DNA of 64,000 nt from Scyliorhinus canicula. Lineage: Eukaryota. This document shows, one piece after another, positions 13,276 through 25,953 of the stretch. Below the pieces are notes generated by a model. That model saw only the letters and a list, made by a program, of their open reading frames with translations, had not been told where the DNA came from and made no database searches. Made by a program: the position numbers and the translations under genes. The stretch spans positions 186,001 through 250,000 of the forward strand of contig NW_024055820.1 in the NCBI RefSeq assembly GCF_902713615.1, given 5' to 3'. Numbering within the stretch: the first letter of the stretch is position 1; every line of letters begins with the position of its first letter.

Positions 13276-14168
13276 TTACCGTTTGAAGCAACCAGTGAAG
13301 GGCCATATCAGCACGTTTTTCAGCTCCTCTCGGAACTTGGTCTGGGCCACTGCATAGATGAAGACGTTGTTGCAGGAACTGACTAGCTGGAGCATGTTGC
13401 CTGTCTCCTGAAGGATGTACTGCGGGTCACTGAAATCCGAGCTGTTAAAATAGCCCTTGCCTTTAATCCGCACATAGAGGAAATGTACGACATACGTGGT
13501 CCAGAGAAGAAGGAAGCTGAGCGCAATGGCGAAGAGAAGGACAATGGACTTCTTTCTGTTGGCCATCTCTGAGTCTCCGTGACTGTCAGCGCCCCGAAGC
13601 CTCTTACGGGCTATGTTGGCTGCTAAGATGTGTCTTACAGTCAGGGCGTTGAGTAGCAGAATAAAGAAGAATGGGAAAAAGGGGGTTAAGATGCGGTCCA
13701 GCCAGTCGTAAGCCTTCCAGGCGGGCATAGTGAAATAGGTGGACCTGCGGTCACAGAACCAGGGGACCCCATCCAGGATGTACAATGGCCGGCAGACAAA
13801 GTACAAAGGGGCGTTCTTGACGCAGCTAATGGCACAGATCAATCCTATCACCAGCAATGCAGTTTTCTCAGTACAGTATCTGGTCTTCAGGCTCTGACAA
13901 CAGATGGCTATAAAACGGTCGATGGTGAAGGCCACGGTCACCCAGACTGAGCAATCCCGTGTGGCAAAGCCCAGCATGATGCTTACTGCACACGCAGGGG
14001 TCGTGGACAAGACACTGTTAGGAAAGTAGATGCGGCCAATCCGGTTGAGGATGACGTTAGTGATGATGACCAGGAAATCGCTCACGGCTATCGCCACCAG
14101 GTAGTAGGTGATGCACCAGGAGAGCCCGCACCGTCCTCGGCATAAGGTTATCATTGCCAACAAGTTGG
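13276..14168 (-). CDS. Class A GPCR, GPR139/GPR142-like, exon 2 (late TM1 to C-terminus)
   Basis: Acceptor tctctcacag| before 14168; open frame with LVAIAVSDFL (TM2), FTIDRFIAICC (TM3), RKKSIVLLFAI (TM6), NVFIY (TM7); stop at 13276. With exon 1 gives 963 nt, 320 aa. Confidence 0.9.
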
Positions 14169-14592
14169 CTGTGAGAGATAAAACGAGCAAGATGTCAACG
14201 AGCGAACGCCAAACAACAACTACTATCCCTCCAATGAGTTGAAATATCCTTCCTGCTGAGTCACTTTGCCACCACGAGATTCCAAATCTTCCAAAGCTAT
14301 TGGTCTTTGTTCAATATCCAAAGCTGACAAATGTGTCACTATAGACAACATTGCGAAAAGACCCAGCCACACATCCAATTCTCTGGTAACTGAATCAATT
14401 CCCATGGCTCACCTTTCTGCTGAAGCTCAACGGAAACATTTGGTGTCAGTGCCTTTATTCAGACCAAATTACGTCCATTCATTAGCCCTGTACCCACTGA
14501 TCTACACTGACCCCCAATCCGGCAACGTTTTGGTTTTAATAATCCCATCTTCTAATTTTCAAACCTCTCCAGACTCCTAGCCCTGCCCGTGA

Positions 14593-14889
14593 GGGGGCGG
14601 CATGGTAGCACAGTGGTTAGCACTGTTGTTTCATAGCGCCAAGGTTCCAGGTTCGATTCCTGGCTTGGGTCACTGTCTGTGTGGAGTCTGCACGTTCTCC
14701 CCGTGTTTGCGTGGGTTTGCTCCGGGTGTTCCGGTTTCCTTCCACAAGTCCCGAAAGACGTGCTTGTTCGATGAATTGACATTTAGAATTCTCCCTCGGT
14801 CGAATGTGGCGACTAGGGGCTTTTTGCAGTACTTGCATTGCAGCGTTCATGTAAGCCTAGTTGTGACACTAATAAAGATTATTATTATT
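14593..14889 (+). mobile_element. tRNA-derived V-SINE (HE1-like)
   Basis: gggcggcatggtagcacagtggttagc head, V-domain core ctgcacgttctccccgtg, (ATT)n tail. Confidence 0.85.
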
Positions 14890-15849
14890 GATGTAACATC
14901 GTAGAACTATCCGAGGACTCAGCATATCTGCCATACGGACCTCGAGGACCATTGGCATTAGTCGGTCATTAGTAACTGTTCTGCCTTTCGCTCTGAGGAA
15001 TTCAACTCTGGAATTCCCTCCCTCAACACCTCCATCTTACCATCCTTCTTTAGGAGGCTCGTTATAACCTAACGTTTGGCTGAGATTCAGGCTCAACTGT
15101 CTACTTCTGCCATTCAGTATCAAATGTGCATGTCAGAGTTCTCGTGAAGCATCCTCACCATACGCGCCTGAGTATCTGAAGGAACAAGTAAAACCCATCT
15201 TCTCAAGTAAAAATAGAACTGAACAATACCTGTTGACCTTGCAATGACACAAACATCCCGTTATGTATTGACAAATAATTATCCAAAATTTACAAAAACT
15301 GCTACCAGAACAAAAAATACATACTAAATTAAATATCTAGAATAATAACTGATCTCTTCCCAACGTTGCTTTAATTCGTTCCTGAAGCCACATTAATATA
15401 TCGATGTTCCTTCACTATCACTGTGTCAAAATCCTGGAACACCCTTCCTCCCTCCATCAAGGCTTGCAGTTGTTCAAGCAGGCAGCTCATCACCAACTTC
15501 TTAAGGGCAACGTGGGTCGCACAATAAATTTTGGCCGAGCCCAGGCGGCCATATCCCCGAGAAGAATACAAAATTAATAAATGTAACTGTTGGGACACCC
15601 CACTGTACAGTAACTGTTACAATTTTCCAGAGATTGCACTGTAAATTCGTGCAAACACACTTTTATATTTCAATTAATCTCATATAACGAGTAGATTGTA
15701 ATAAATCATCTTCTGAAGTTCCAATAATATCAAAATACATTATGTTACACCATGGTGCTCTGTTGTTCCACACAACGCTAAAACACTAGTTAGCATTTAA
15801 CCACATCAGCATAAAAGCTGATGTTTAATCATATAAATAATACATAAGC

Positions 15850-17575
15850 CAGATCGGCCTTCTTGAAAGTGAACCCTGGGAAAGCAACGGGTCATGACGG
15901 AATGCCTGGTCGTGCACTCAGATCCTGCGTGGACAAACTGGCCCGGGTGATTTCCCCGGAATCTTCAACCCCCTCCTACACTATTCCAAGGTTCTCACCT
16001 GCTTCAAGAAGACCACCACCGTACCGGTACAAAGAAGAACCAGGCAATGTGCCTCAACGATTGCTGTCCGATGGCCTTGACAGATATCATTATTGAGTGC
16101 TTGTTCTTAAGTCACATCAACGCCATACTCACAGAATGCCTTGATCCACAGCAATTCGCACACTACATCACCCGGTCCACAGAAGACACCATCTTCCTGG
16201 CCCTACACTCACTCCTGAAACATCTCGAAAACATCGACTCCCACGTCAGACTCTTTACATTGACTACAGCTCCGCAATGAAGACCCAAAGCCTGTAGGGA
16301 CCGGTTTAGCACAGTGGGCTAAACAGCTGGCTGGTAATGCAGAAAAAGACCAGCAGCTCGGGTTCAATTCCCGTTCCAGCCTCGCCGAACAGGCGCCGGT
16401 ATGTGATGACTAGGGGCTTTTCACATTAACTTCATTGAAGCCTACTCGTGATAATAAGTGATTATTATTACAATCCCAGCCATGCTGATATCAAAACCTA
16501 GTACATGGCTCCTCACTCTGCAACTGGATCCTCGACTTCCTGACCTGTAGAGAACAATCAATAAGGATAAACAAACACATCTCCTCCACGATAGTGCTCA
16601 ATACCAGCCCCGCAAGGCTGTGTACCTAACCCCAACTATATTCCCCATACACGCTCAACCGTGTAACCAAATTTGACGCCAACTCCATCTACAAGCTTGC
16701 TGATCGCACAGCCAGGGTGGGTCGCATCTCGAACAATGATGAGTCAGAGTACAGGAGGGAGATAGAGAACCTAGTGTAGTGGTGTAAGGACAACAATCTC
16801 TCCTTCAACGTCAGCAAACTTAAGGAGCTTTTCATTGACTTCAGGAAGTGAAGTATCGTACACACCTCTGTCTGCATCAGCGGGCTGAGGTAGAGATGGC
16901 TGACATCTTCAAATTCCTAGGTATGCACATCACCAACAATCTGTCCTGTTCCACCCACGTCGATGCTACGCCCATGAAAGCACCACAGCGCCTAAACATC
17001 CTCAGGAAACAATGGAAATTCGGCATGTCCACTTTGACTCTCACCAATTTTTACAGATGCACCATGGAAAGCATCCTATCTGGCTTCCTCATAGCCTGGT
17101 ATGGCAATTGCTTGGCTCAAAACCGGAAGAACCGACAGACAGTCGTGAGCACAGTACAGTCCATCACGTGAACCTGCCTCCCATCGATCGACTCTGTCTA
17201 TATCTCCCACTACCTTGGGAAAGCGGATAGCATGATCAAATATCCATTCCACCGGGTTATTCTCTGTCCCAACCTCTTCCATCGGGCAGGAGATACAGAC
17301 CGCTGAGAATACTAACAGATTCAAATAAAGCTTCTTCCCCGCTTTCAACTGACTCCTGAGTGGCCCTCGTATAGTCTGAACTGATCTCTTCAAACATCTT
17401 CCCTACTGAGTAGTACTGCAATCTGGATGCTTGACCCGGTGTCTGTGTCGATGTATTTACATTGTGTATTTATCGTACGTCCCATGTTTTTTCATCTATG
17501 GAACTGTCTGACTGGACTGTACACAGAACAGTACTTTTCAGTGTGCCTCGGTACATGTGACAATAAATTAATTCC
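15850..17575 (+). mobile_element. Degenerate Rex1/Babar LINE RT fragment, interrupted by a SINE
   Basis: KATGHDGMPGRALRSC and KFGMSTLTLTNFYRCTMESILSG motifs homologous to the 55.7-57.5 kb copy; 3' end ctcggtacatgtgacaataaa; frameshifted. Confidence 0.85.
16296..16472 (+). mobile_element. Second SINE family (gggctggtttagc... type)
   Basis: Homologous to copies at 26957, 40684 and 60780; (ATT)n tail. Confidence 0.75.
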
Positions 17576-17905
17576 AAATTTAAATAACATTGTTTAGACA
17601 ATGCCATACACAACAATTCATATCTCAGCGATAACAAATTATTTATATAACCCTGCAGCAAAATTATTTATTATAACCGTGCAGCAAAATAATGGCAATG
17701 ATATCTTGTAGTGCCCCACAATAGAAGTGCAAGTAATACACTTTATTTTACCATTACCCGGTGTTATAAATACGTTACCTATAAATATAATTGCCTGTTT
17801 GAATTTCCTTTCACACAGAAAAATACTCTGCCCGATCTTAAAAGGGAAGATACATAACTTCTGAACATTTATAAAAAAATAACTTTTTGTATATCCAGTA
17901 GTTAC

Positions 17906-17975
17906 CTGGGGCGCCAATAAGAGCAAGAATGGGATAGCAAACGGCAAAGACAAGGCCATTTGCTGGGCCATGCAT
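17906..17975 (-). CDS. GPCR exon 1 (MHGPANGLVFAVCYPILALIGAP)
   Basis: ATG at 17975; 70 nt ending CCA G|GTAACT; phase 1 joins exon 2 as ...GAP-A-NLL; YPILALIGAP.N fits the TM1 motif of this family. Confidence 0.85.
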
Positions 17976-18342
17976 CTTCTTTCGGAAACTAAACGAAACG
18001 CAAGAGCTATACACTGCAGCACTGCTTCTCATTCAAAACGTCCCTCATTTATTCCAAGTGAGAATCTCCAGAGGGACAATTAACTTACATGTTTGTTACG
18101 ATTCTATGAACAAACAGATTATCTCATCGATTCTTCCATTTGTAACAATGGCAATGTGGATGATTCCAATCTGCTTACGGGCGAACAACAAGATGCAGAG
18201 TGTATGGTTTTTCCCACTCCACAAATCATGCCTTTTCCTTTCCAAATAATGTAGCCTCTTGTGGTGGATTCTGAACTGAGATCCACCCACTCGCTACAAA
18301 AAATCCTCAGCTTTTCCCATCTCTGACATGTCCCCAATTATA

Positions 18343-18546
18343 ATGTGGAGATGCCGGTGTTGGACTGGGGTGAGCACAGTAAGAAGTCTTTCAACACCAA
18401 ATTAAAGTCCAACAGGTTTGTTTCAAACACTAGCTTTCGGAGCACAGCTCCTTCCTCAGGTGAATCAGGTGACCTATGCTCTGAAAGGTAGAGATTCGAA
18501 ACAAACCTGTTGGACTTTAAACTGGTGTTGTAAGATTTCTTACTAT
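18343..18546. mobile_element. Inverted pair of Penelope-type terminal repeats
   Basis: 18378-18427 is the approximate revcomp of 18495-18544; same sequence as the Penelope end at 33460-33576. Confidence 0.7.
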
Positions 18547-20664
18547 GTTCCCAATTACTTCGCCCTTTTCCTTGACATAATAGTTCATGCAATTTGTTAA
18601 TTGGTAACCGTTGTAATGTTCATGACATATTTCAACACATTTTAATCTTTTAATGGTACAGCTTTTCCCTCACAGATAAGTAAATTCACAGAATATTTTT
18701 TTCTGTATTCGAACTATAATTTTCGTCTGTTGCACAAACGTGAAAACAATTACACTCCAGACACGAAAATCGACGGTGCGGTAAATAGCGAGGAGGGAAG
18801 ACTTAGATTATAGGACTGGATAGACTGGCTGGTCAGATGGGCAGAACAGTGGGAAATGTTTATATAACCCGAAAAAGTGTGAGGCACCCCCTTTTTATCA
18901 GCTCAAACTTTATTCGTATTAGTTTTGTAGTTTCATATTAAAATCGCATGGACGAAAAAGAACAATTTTAGCATATGTAAAAGGAGACTTCTTGCTTTAT
19001 TTGTTTTGAGTGGATTTTGGTCACCAGCTTCGTATCCGCATGTAAGAAAGTGGAGGAAGATTGATATCATCATTGATCAACAATAAAGCAGAGTGTTTGT
19101 GGTTGAACTGTTGAGGTAACGGGCTAAGGCAATAAACAGATCGCGGGAATGAATTTGTCAATATAGATACTCTATTCTGAAATCCCTCGGATTTCAGGAA
19201 CTCGTCCGACAGCTGTCCTACCGCACATGCAACAGGGAAATAAAAGCTGAATCAGAAGAGTCATCCATTGAAACGTTAGCTCTTTTCTCCCTCCACAGGT
19301 GCTGCCAGACCGGTTGAGATTTTCCAGCATTTCCTGTTTATATTACATGAACGAGCAGTTTGTATTTAATAACCAATCTAAACAGACTCAAGCTCTTTTC
19401 TCGAGAAACAACAAGCCTGAGAGATGACCTGAGAGAAATGTGAGGCCTTGTCCCAGTTTCGTCAGGGACTCGAGATGAAATGTATTCATTCTGTTATGGG
19501 CCGGGGCTTAGAAACGCCAAAGTGTAATATGAAGCTCCCATGACCTATAACATGTGTGTTGAATTTGGCTAGGATGAGCACAAGAGCTTTCACTTCACAC
19601 ATCCTTCCTAGGCGCTTTTATCAAAACAAAGGTTATTATAAGAATGTAGTTAACATATATAAAACGCTTATCAAGAATGTGATATCAATTACAAACATGA
19701 AAGAACACACAGCAGCTACAGTAGTCTAAGTATATATCTCTTCACGAATTCCTCTTAGTAGCTGTTCCAATTCAATACAAAATCCAATACACCAAATCTC
19801 CGTTCAAGGGCAACACACTGTAATCTCACTTGAATGGAACTGCTCCTTTCCCTGAGATCCAACCTCCAACCAGCAGATTCAAAACTCCTTCCAGAAAGCA
19901 ACTCTATCTTCAAAGTTACCAATGCAGTTTGCCACACCCAATGTGCTTTCAGCTCACTGGAACAGTTTTAAACTAAACACGGAAACACTGCTTCTCATCT
20001 TCTTCAGTCCAAAGCAACAAACCGAAACTCAAACCAAAAATTCTAAACCCCCTCTCACCGGACAGCCACAGCCTCCCAGGAAATCAAGATGGGATCTTCA
20101 GTTGAAAGGGATATTTTGTCTGTGTGTTTGAGCGAGCGATAGGGAGGGAGAGAGAATATTTGTCCGAGAGATCGTGTGTGTATATGTGTGTGTCTGTGTG
20201 TCTATGTGCGTGTGTGTGTTTCTGTGCACTTGTGTATGTGAGAGAGAATTTATGTGTGTGTTTGTTTGAAGCACATCATGTGCCCAACAGAGTTTCTCAA
20301 AAATTACAGGCATCCTTCTATTTACAATAGATTCACAGTAAACACATCCACTTCATATTGGTTTATTCATACGGAATCTTTGCTGATAACCGAGGAGGTC
20401 AGTTTTTGACAGTTAGGTTTTGACACCAATGCTGCAAATGAAGCTACCAGTTGTCATTGTGGGTTGTTATTTTCTATGTTTGTGTCGATTGCAAAGACGC
20501 CAAATCCACTGGTCGTGGTCGATCTCACCAAGCCATTGGAGGTGTAACGATTTTTCACAGCTGACAGCTGGTGTCTCCCAAGTACGGTCATCAATTTTTT
20601 TGGGGAGGGTCTTCATAACACACTTGATCTAATCCTTGAAGCGGAACACTGACCTCCCCACTCG

Positions 20665-21110
20665 ATGTGTGGCGCCGGTTACATCACTATACAGAAATGC
20701 CTTGGGAATGTGACCACGTTCCACCCTTTGATCATATCAGAGCCGTACATACCCCCTCTGTTTAATTTGATTCTGAGAGTGTTGAAAGCTCTGCCTTTGA
20801 GAATACTGTTGCATTCTAATTTTGTCCTGCTGGTACATGAAATGACCTCATGATCCAAATATTACAACCGTCAATGTAATCCTCAATGTAATCATGTTCC
20901 TGCTTTCTGCCTTCGACATGAAGATTCGTCACGAGCAGTCAAGAATCACCAGCACCGCAGGAAGATCGTCACCCTCCTCTTTGCGATGTCTCGCTCGTTA
21001 GTCCCTGATAACCTTCGATGAAATTCATCCAGAACAACTCGAAGGACCGAATTTATCAGTCTGACGCATTTTAAAGGACCTGCTTCAATTTACGAAGCAG
21101 TCAAGAACAA
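20665..21110 (+). pseudogene. Probable relic of a second GPR139-like GPCR (TM5-TM6)
   Basis: One frame reads ALPLRILLHSNFVLLVHE...*...HRRKIVTLLFAMSRSL, resembling FFPFFFILLLNALTVRH...NRKKSIVLLFAIALSF of the intact gene; contains stops. Confidence 0.45.
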
Positions 21111-22125
21111 AAATTAGAATGTGGAACAGCATATTTCAGGCCAATCTATAGCTCCATCTATCAATCCCATTTACTAATTCCTGAATCAAAATATTCAACT
21201 ATTATTCAGCTCTGCATCGACGCAGTTACCCTTTTATATTTTGAGAAGATGGTGGTGCAGTATTAATGTCATTGAACTAGGAATCCAGAGGCCCAGGTTC
21301 ATTCTGTGAGAATTCGGGTGCAAATTCCACTGTGGCCGGTGGTTGAATTGAAATATAATTTAAAAATCTAGAATACATATTACTGGTGACCATGAATCCA
21401 CTCTGCTTCATCGATGAAGGAAATCTGAAATATCTCCCTTGTCTCAGCTATATGTGGCTCCAGTCGGACAGCAACATATCTGACTCTTCAGTTCCTTCTG
21501 AGCTGGCCGCGCAAATCATTCAGTTCAAAAGTAATTAGGGACAGGGATCACATGGTGGTCTTGCCAGTGAGTCGCACATTCCATGGATGAAAAAAGGTGA
21601 AAGCACAAAAACGTACATGTTTATCTATTGCAAAATGTACCCTCTGTCTGATAGTCTGATTGTATTTCTATCGATCATCACAACACTATGAGATGTTCGA
21701 GAGATCCTCCAGCTAGCTATTTCTGCTAAGAGTGGCCAGAGAAGCTGGATAACTCTCCTTTCCTTCGAGGTGGGGGCAGTTCAAACAGGGTCACAATTTA
21801 AAACAAAGAATGATCTCCAGTGCTGTTGCTGGGTATATTTGTTTATAAATAGTCCTCATTGACAATGTTAAGAGTTTGAAGTTGGCTTGCAGCCAAGCGG
21901 TCAGTACTGGGGAAACAGATCTTTTAAAAAATAAGTCCAGATGCTTCCTGTAAACAACTTTGAACATTCGAGCCTCCCTGACTGCAGGCGGCTGGATTGC
22001 TGCCAAATACTGTGTGAGGCAGATTAGCCTGAATATGAATGGATTAAATGGGATTGATCCATTCAAACAATAAATGTTTCAGTCTGACATAAAGTAAACG
22101 TTTTCAATTGTGATCCATCCAAATA

Positions 22126-22453
22126 CATAGAACAGTACAGGCCCTTCGGCCCTCGATGTTGTGCCGAGCAATGATCACCCTACTCAAACCCACGTATCCA
22201 CCCTGTACCCGTAACCCAAGAACCCCCCCTTAACCTTACTTTTTTAGGACACTACGGGCAATTTAGCATGGCCAATCCACCTAACCCGCACATCTTTGGA
22301 CTGTGGGAGGAAACGAGAGCACCCGGAGGAAACCCACGCACACACGGGGAGGACGTGCAGACTCCGCACAGACAGTGACCCAGCCGGGAATCGAACCTGG
22401 GACCCTGGAGCTGTGAAGCATTTATGCTAACCACCATGCTACCGTGCTGCCCA
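22126..22453 (-). mobile_element. HE1-like V-SINE
   Basis: Revcomp of SINE head, core and CR1-like tail. Confidence 0.85.
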
Positions 22454-22520
22454 TATATTCAGTGAATATTCAGTTCATTCTGAGATTAAACCGAATCGGA
22501 AAATAGTAAACTGACCAGAT

Positions 22521-22850
22521 GCAGCACGGTAGCATTGTGGATAGCACAATCGCTTCACAGCTACAGGGTCCCAGGATCGATTCCGGCTTGGGGGAATGTC
22601 TGTGCGGAGTCTGCACATCCTCCCCGTGTGTTCGTGGGTTTCCTCCGGGTGCTCTGGTTTCCTTCCACAGACGTGCAAGTTAGGTGGATTGGACATGATA
22701 AATTGCCCTTAGTGTCCAAAATTGCCTTAGTGTTGGACTGGGTTATGGGGATAGGGTGGAGGTGTTGACCTTGGGTAGAATGCTCTTTCCAAGAGCCGGT
22801 GCAGACTCGATGGGCCGAATGGCCTCCTTCTGCACTGTAAATTCTATGTA
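22521..22850 (+). mobile_element. HE1-like V-SINE
   Basis: gcagcacggtagcattgtgg head, core, ...gggccgaatggcctccttctgcactgtaaattctatg tail. Confidence 0.85.
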
Positions 22851-24016
22851 ATTTATATTAGTCCTGAATAAAGGTCACTTTAGTTATTCAAGTCCGTTTG
22901 TTAAGAACCTAATGGAGTGGGAGTGAGTGGTGTTGATGGACCCAATTACCAACACCAATAGGATGAGGGGAATGGCACAAAAATTAAAAGAAAATCATAA
23001 AACGGCCTTGAATCCGCCGGAATTCCTGGAATATTCTCCGAGTTGTTGACCTCATTTAAACGGGGGCGTCTCTTATACCTGATCAGCACCGTGTTCTGTA
23101 CAGTTTAATTTGTGCTGATTCCCATTAATTAGCAATCCCTCTCATTGCTGCCAATGAGTGGAGAAATGACCAGTTCATGACCTGCTTCAGTGGAAGATAA
23201 AACATTTATTCTTGTGATATTGTGTAATATGCCGCAAAGTCCTGATATCCTGTGTTCCCAACACCAGTGAATGTTAGACAGCCGGTGGTCAATACAATTA
23301 GTTACAATGATTTGGATGCTGAAGGACAACTTTACTGATCCCCGTGTCCGTTCTGATTCGTTAACTTCTGTCAAATGTTAATATCAATTTTATGTTTCTC
23401 TGTCAACTCACTGCTGAATTATCAGGCAAGTGGCTTCTTTCACCGCTAATGTTCGCAGGACTGTCTAAGGCTCAGGGGCAGTTCGAATAATGCCAAGAGA
23501 AGCATCGTATAATGTGAGGATTTTATTTCTGTCTACCGACCCACATTTTACAGTGATGGCCATCCACACTGTAAATAGAATAATTTTGTTCATGCCCCGT
23601 ATTTCGTTGCATGAGTCGATAACAATTCGATTGGGCAGTTGATACTTTATTGGTGTAATGGGAAGAGATACTGGGTGTTGCAAATCAGACGGACAGATGA
23701 TGTATTCCGCGATAATGTAACTTAACCTGTTTATGTTCACCCCTTAAATTAGAGTGTAGAAATAAACTGACTTGATTTACAATTGAATTTGCTTTTATTC
23801 AAATGTAATTTCGCCATTAGGATGACGAGACTTTGAAACGAATCCATTCATCCAAACAAATATCCCGTTACAGATAAATGTATATTTTAATAATAACCTA
23901 TTGAAAATCTCTGAGTCCATTCTATTGGGGGTGTGGAAGGTGGGACGTGGATCCAGTCGCCGCCTCCACCAGGGAATCAACAGGCGGCGCCTGGAAAGCC
24001 GCCCCCTTCTGCCGGG

Positions 24017-24024
24017 TATTTAAA
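24017..24024 (+). promoter_or_regulatory. TATA-like box of the IgH V promoter
   Basis: TATTTAAA about 90 nt upstream of the leader ATG; position-based inference. Confidence 0.45.
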
Positions 24025-24115
24025 TGCCGCTCACTGGGACCCGAATCCAACAGTCCGGGAGCTGGTTTGTTCACTGAGTTCCTGACACAACCATTTCCCC
24101 CAAATGGCCAGAAGG

Positions 24116-24161
24116 ATGAGGTGGGCCATTTCTCTCAGTTTGTTGCTGACTTTCTTATCCC
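24116..24161 (+). CDS. IGHV: IgM heavy chain leader exon (MRWAISLSLLLTFLS)
   Basis: ATG 24116, 46 nt, C|GTGAGT donor; joins as ...[13 protein letters not shown]. Confidence 0.92.
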
Positions 24162-24289
24162 GTGAGTAGTTTTTATTGTCCAAGTCTCTCACTGTTACTG
24201 TCTCAGTGTTAGTCTCTCTCTGGAATGTTCCAGAGTCACCAATCATTTCTCCAGCATTAATCCTCGGGCTTTTTGATATATTTTTACAG

Positions 24290-24652
24290 GTGTCCAGTCC
24301 GATGTTGTGTTGACTCAGCCAGAGGCAGAGACTGGACATCCGGGATGTTCCCTGAGACTGTCCTGTAAAACAAGCGGGTTCGATCTCGGCATCTACTGGA
24401 TGGGCTGGATCCGGCAGCTTCCGGGACAGGGACTGGACTGGCTGCTTTGGTACGATAGTACTTCGAACAACAACTACGCCCCAGGATTTCATAATCGATT
24501 TACTGCGTCCAAAGACCTTTCAAACAACATCTTCTCATTGGCCATTACACGTCTGAAGGCCGAAGACACGGCCATCTATTATTGTGTAAGATATACTACA
24601 ATGGGTGGCTTCGATTTCTGGGGTCAGGGAACCATGGTGACGGTCATTTCAG
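24290..24652 (+). CDS. IGHV: Pre-joined in-frame VH-D-JH exon
   Basis: tttttacag| acceptor; [10 protein letters not shown]...LSC...MGWIRQ...[27 protein letters not shown]; G|GTAAG donor; no RSS between V, D and J. Confidence 0.95.
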
Positions 24653-25945
24653 GTAAGAACCATTTAATTGTGTACTAATTGTATTACTTTACTTGAGTAG
24701 TTATTTTATATGTTTCTGTATTTTAGCAATTCATTCTTTCATTGAAATGTGGGATTGTTCAATTCTGTATTGAGATATTTTGCAATGTTTCATGTGATTC
24801 TACCGGGAAAGAATTAGATAAATACTGTGCTTCTTGACAAAAGTTTCTGCTGAGGGTTTCAGTCCCTTGTTGTGGTGAGTTGGTGTTTATTTGTTGAGGA
24901 CACTGTGTGGCCGAATTATTTTAAACACCTAACGTCTGTTAAACAGTTTGGCTGTTCTATAATGTACGCTAAATATCTTCAGTTTCTCCATTTACGTATT
25001 GAACATGTTCAGCTTATTCAAAATGCTGGTGATATTCTTCCATATTTCTGTTTGTTTTGATTATTCATCCGTTTGATGACAGGCGGATTTGTTTGTTTCA
25101 AGATTGCGATTTTCTTGAAATTTAATTCCTTTGCAAGTGTTTTAGAATGGAGCTGCTTCTCCATGAAACGAGTCTTGACCCCTCAGTGATGTGATTTGTT
25201 GTTTTTCTGCTGAGAAGATTGTGACTTTGAATTAGTAGAATTTGAGAAATGGTTTGGCGTTTCTACAAACCTGGCAGTCGGTGATACTGAGTTGCTCCAT
25301 GACCTTTAATTGGATGAAATATTGGCGTTTGAAACTGCTTGACGCATGATTGTAGGCAGAAAACAGAAAAGATTTTCGAACGGGTTTTAAAAAGTGATAA
25401 TTGAAGATTAAATTAAGCCACCGTATAAGACACTCTTTCCTATCATACATTACTATTGCAACCAGAGCTTGGTTATTCTGCAATGTTTCATCTCGGTGGC
25501 ATCTGATGGTTGCAGCTTTTCCCAACTACTGCAAACATTAGTATGAAATAATAGTAATGAAATATGTTGAAATGTGGCCCAATACGAATGAAATGTGGTA
25601 ACCATTCATGTTATTTTGGACCTATCCCACCTCCTCACAATGGTATTGCTATCATGGCATTTTTCTGATTAGTTTGAACATACAGTTGGTGTTGAGCTGG
25701 CTTGCTGGATTCGATATTGAGATGTTTTTTAAATGTTCAGTTTGGTTCTGATGAATGTAGAATTGAGCAGCTTCTCCACGAAACGGGGTTCAGTCCGTCA
25801 GTGATGGATTTTGGTGACTTCCCCCTGATGAGATTGTGTGTCTGGATGACTTTGAATAATTACATAAGTACAATTTGTGAAGCAGTTTAACGTTTCTGCT
25901 TGGTTAAACTCGGTGACATTGAGTGGCTACAGGTTTTCTGGTTAA

Positions 25946-25953
25946 ATGCAAAT
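25946..25953 (+). promoter_or_regulatory. Octamer motif in the J-C intron
   Basis: Exact ATGCAAAT; enhancer role is inference only. Confidence 0.3.

Noticed and set aside
13276-14190. ORF-track start (MLVLSLT) for the GPCR
   Set aside because: A non-ATG start inside the intron; the real N-terminus is exon 1 at 17975-17906.
19492-20330. Possible solo LTR starting TGTTATGGG
   Set aside because: Could not define the 3' CA end or a TSD, so it is not listed as a feature.
23465-23740. Minus ORF with a signal-peptide-like segment (MNKIILFTVWMAITVKCG)
   Set aside because: Short, no recognisable family and no supporting exons; cannot be supported without expression data.
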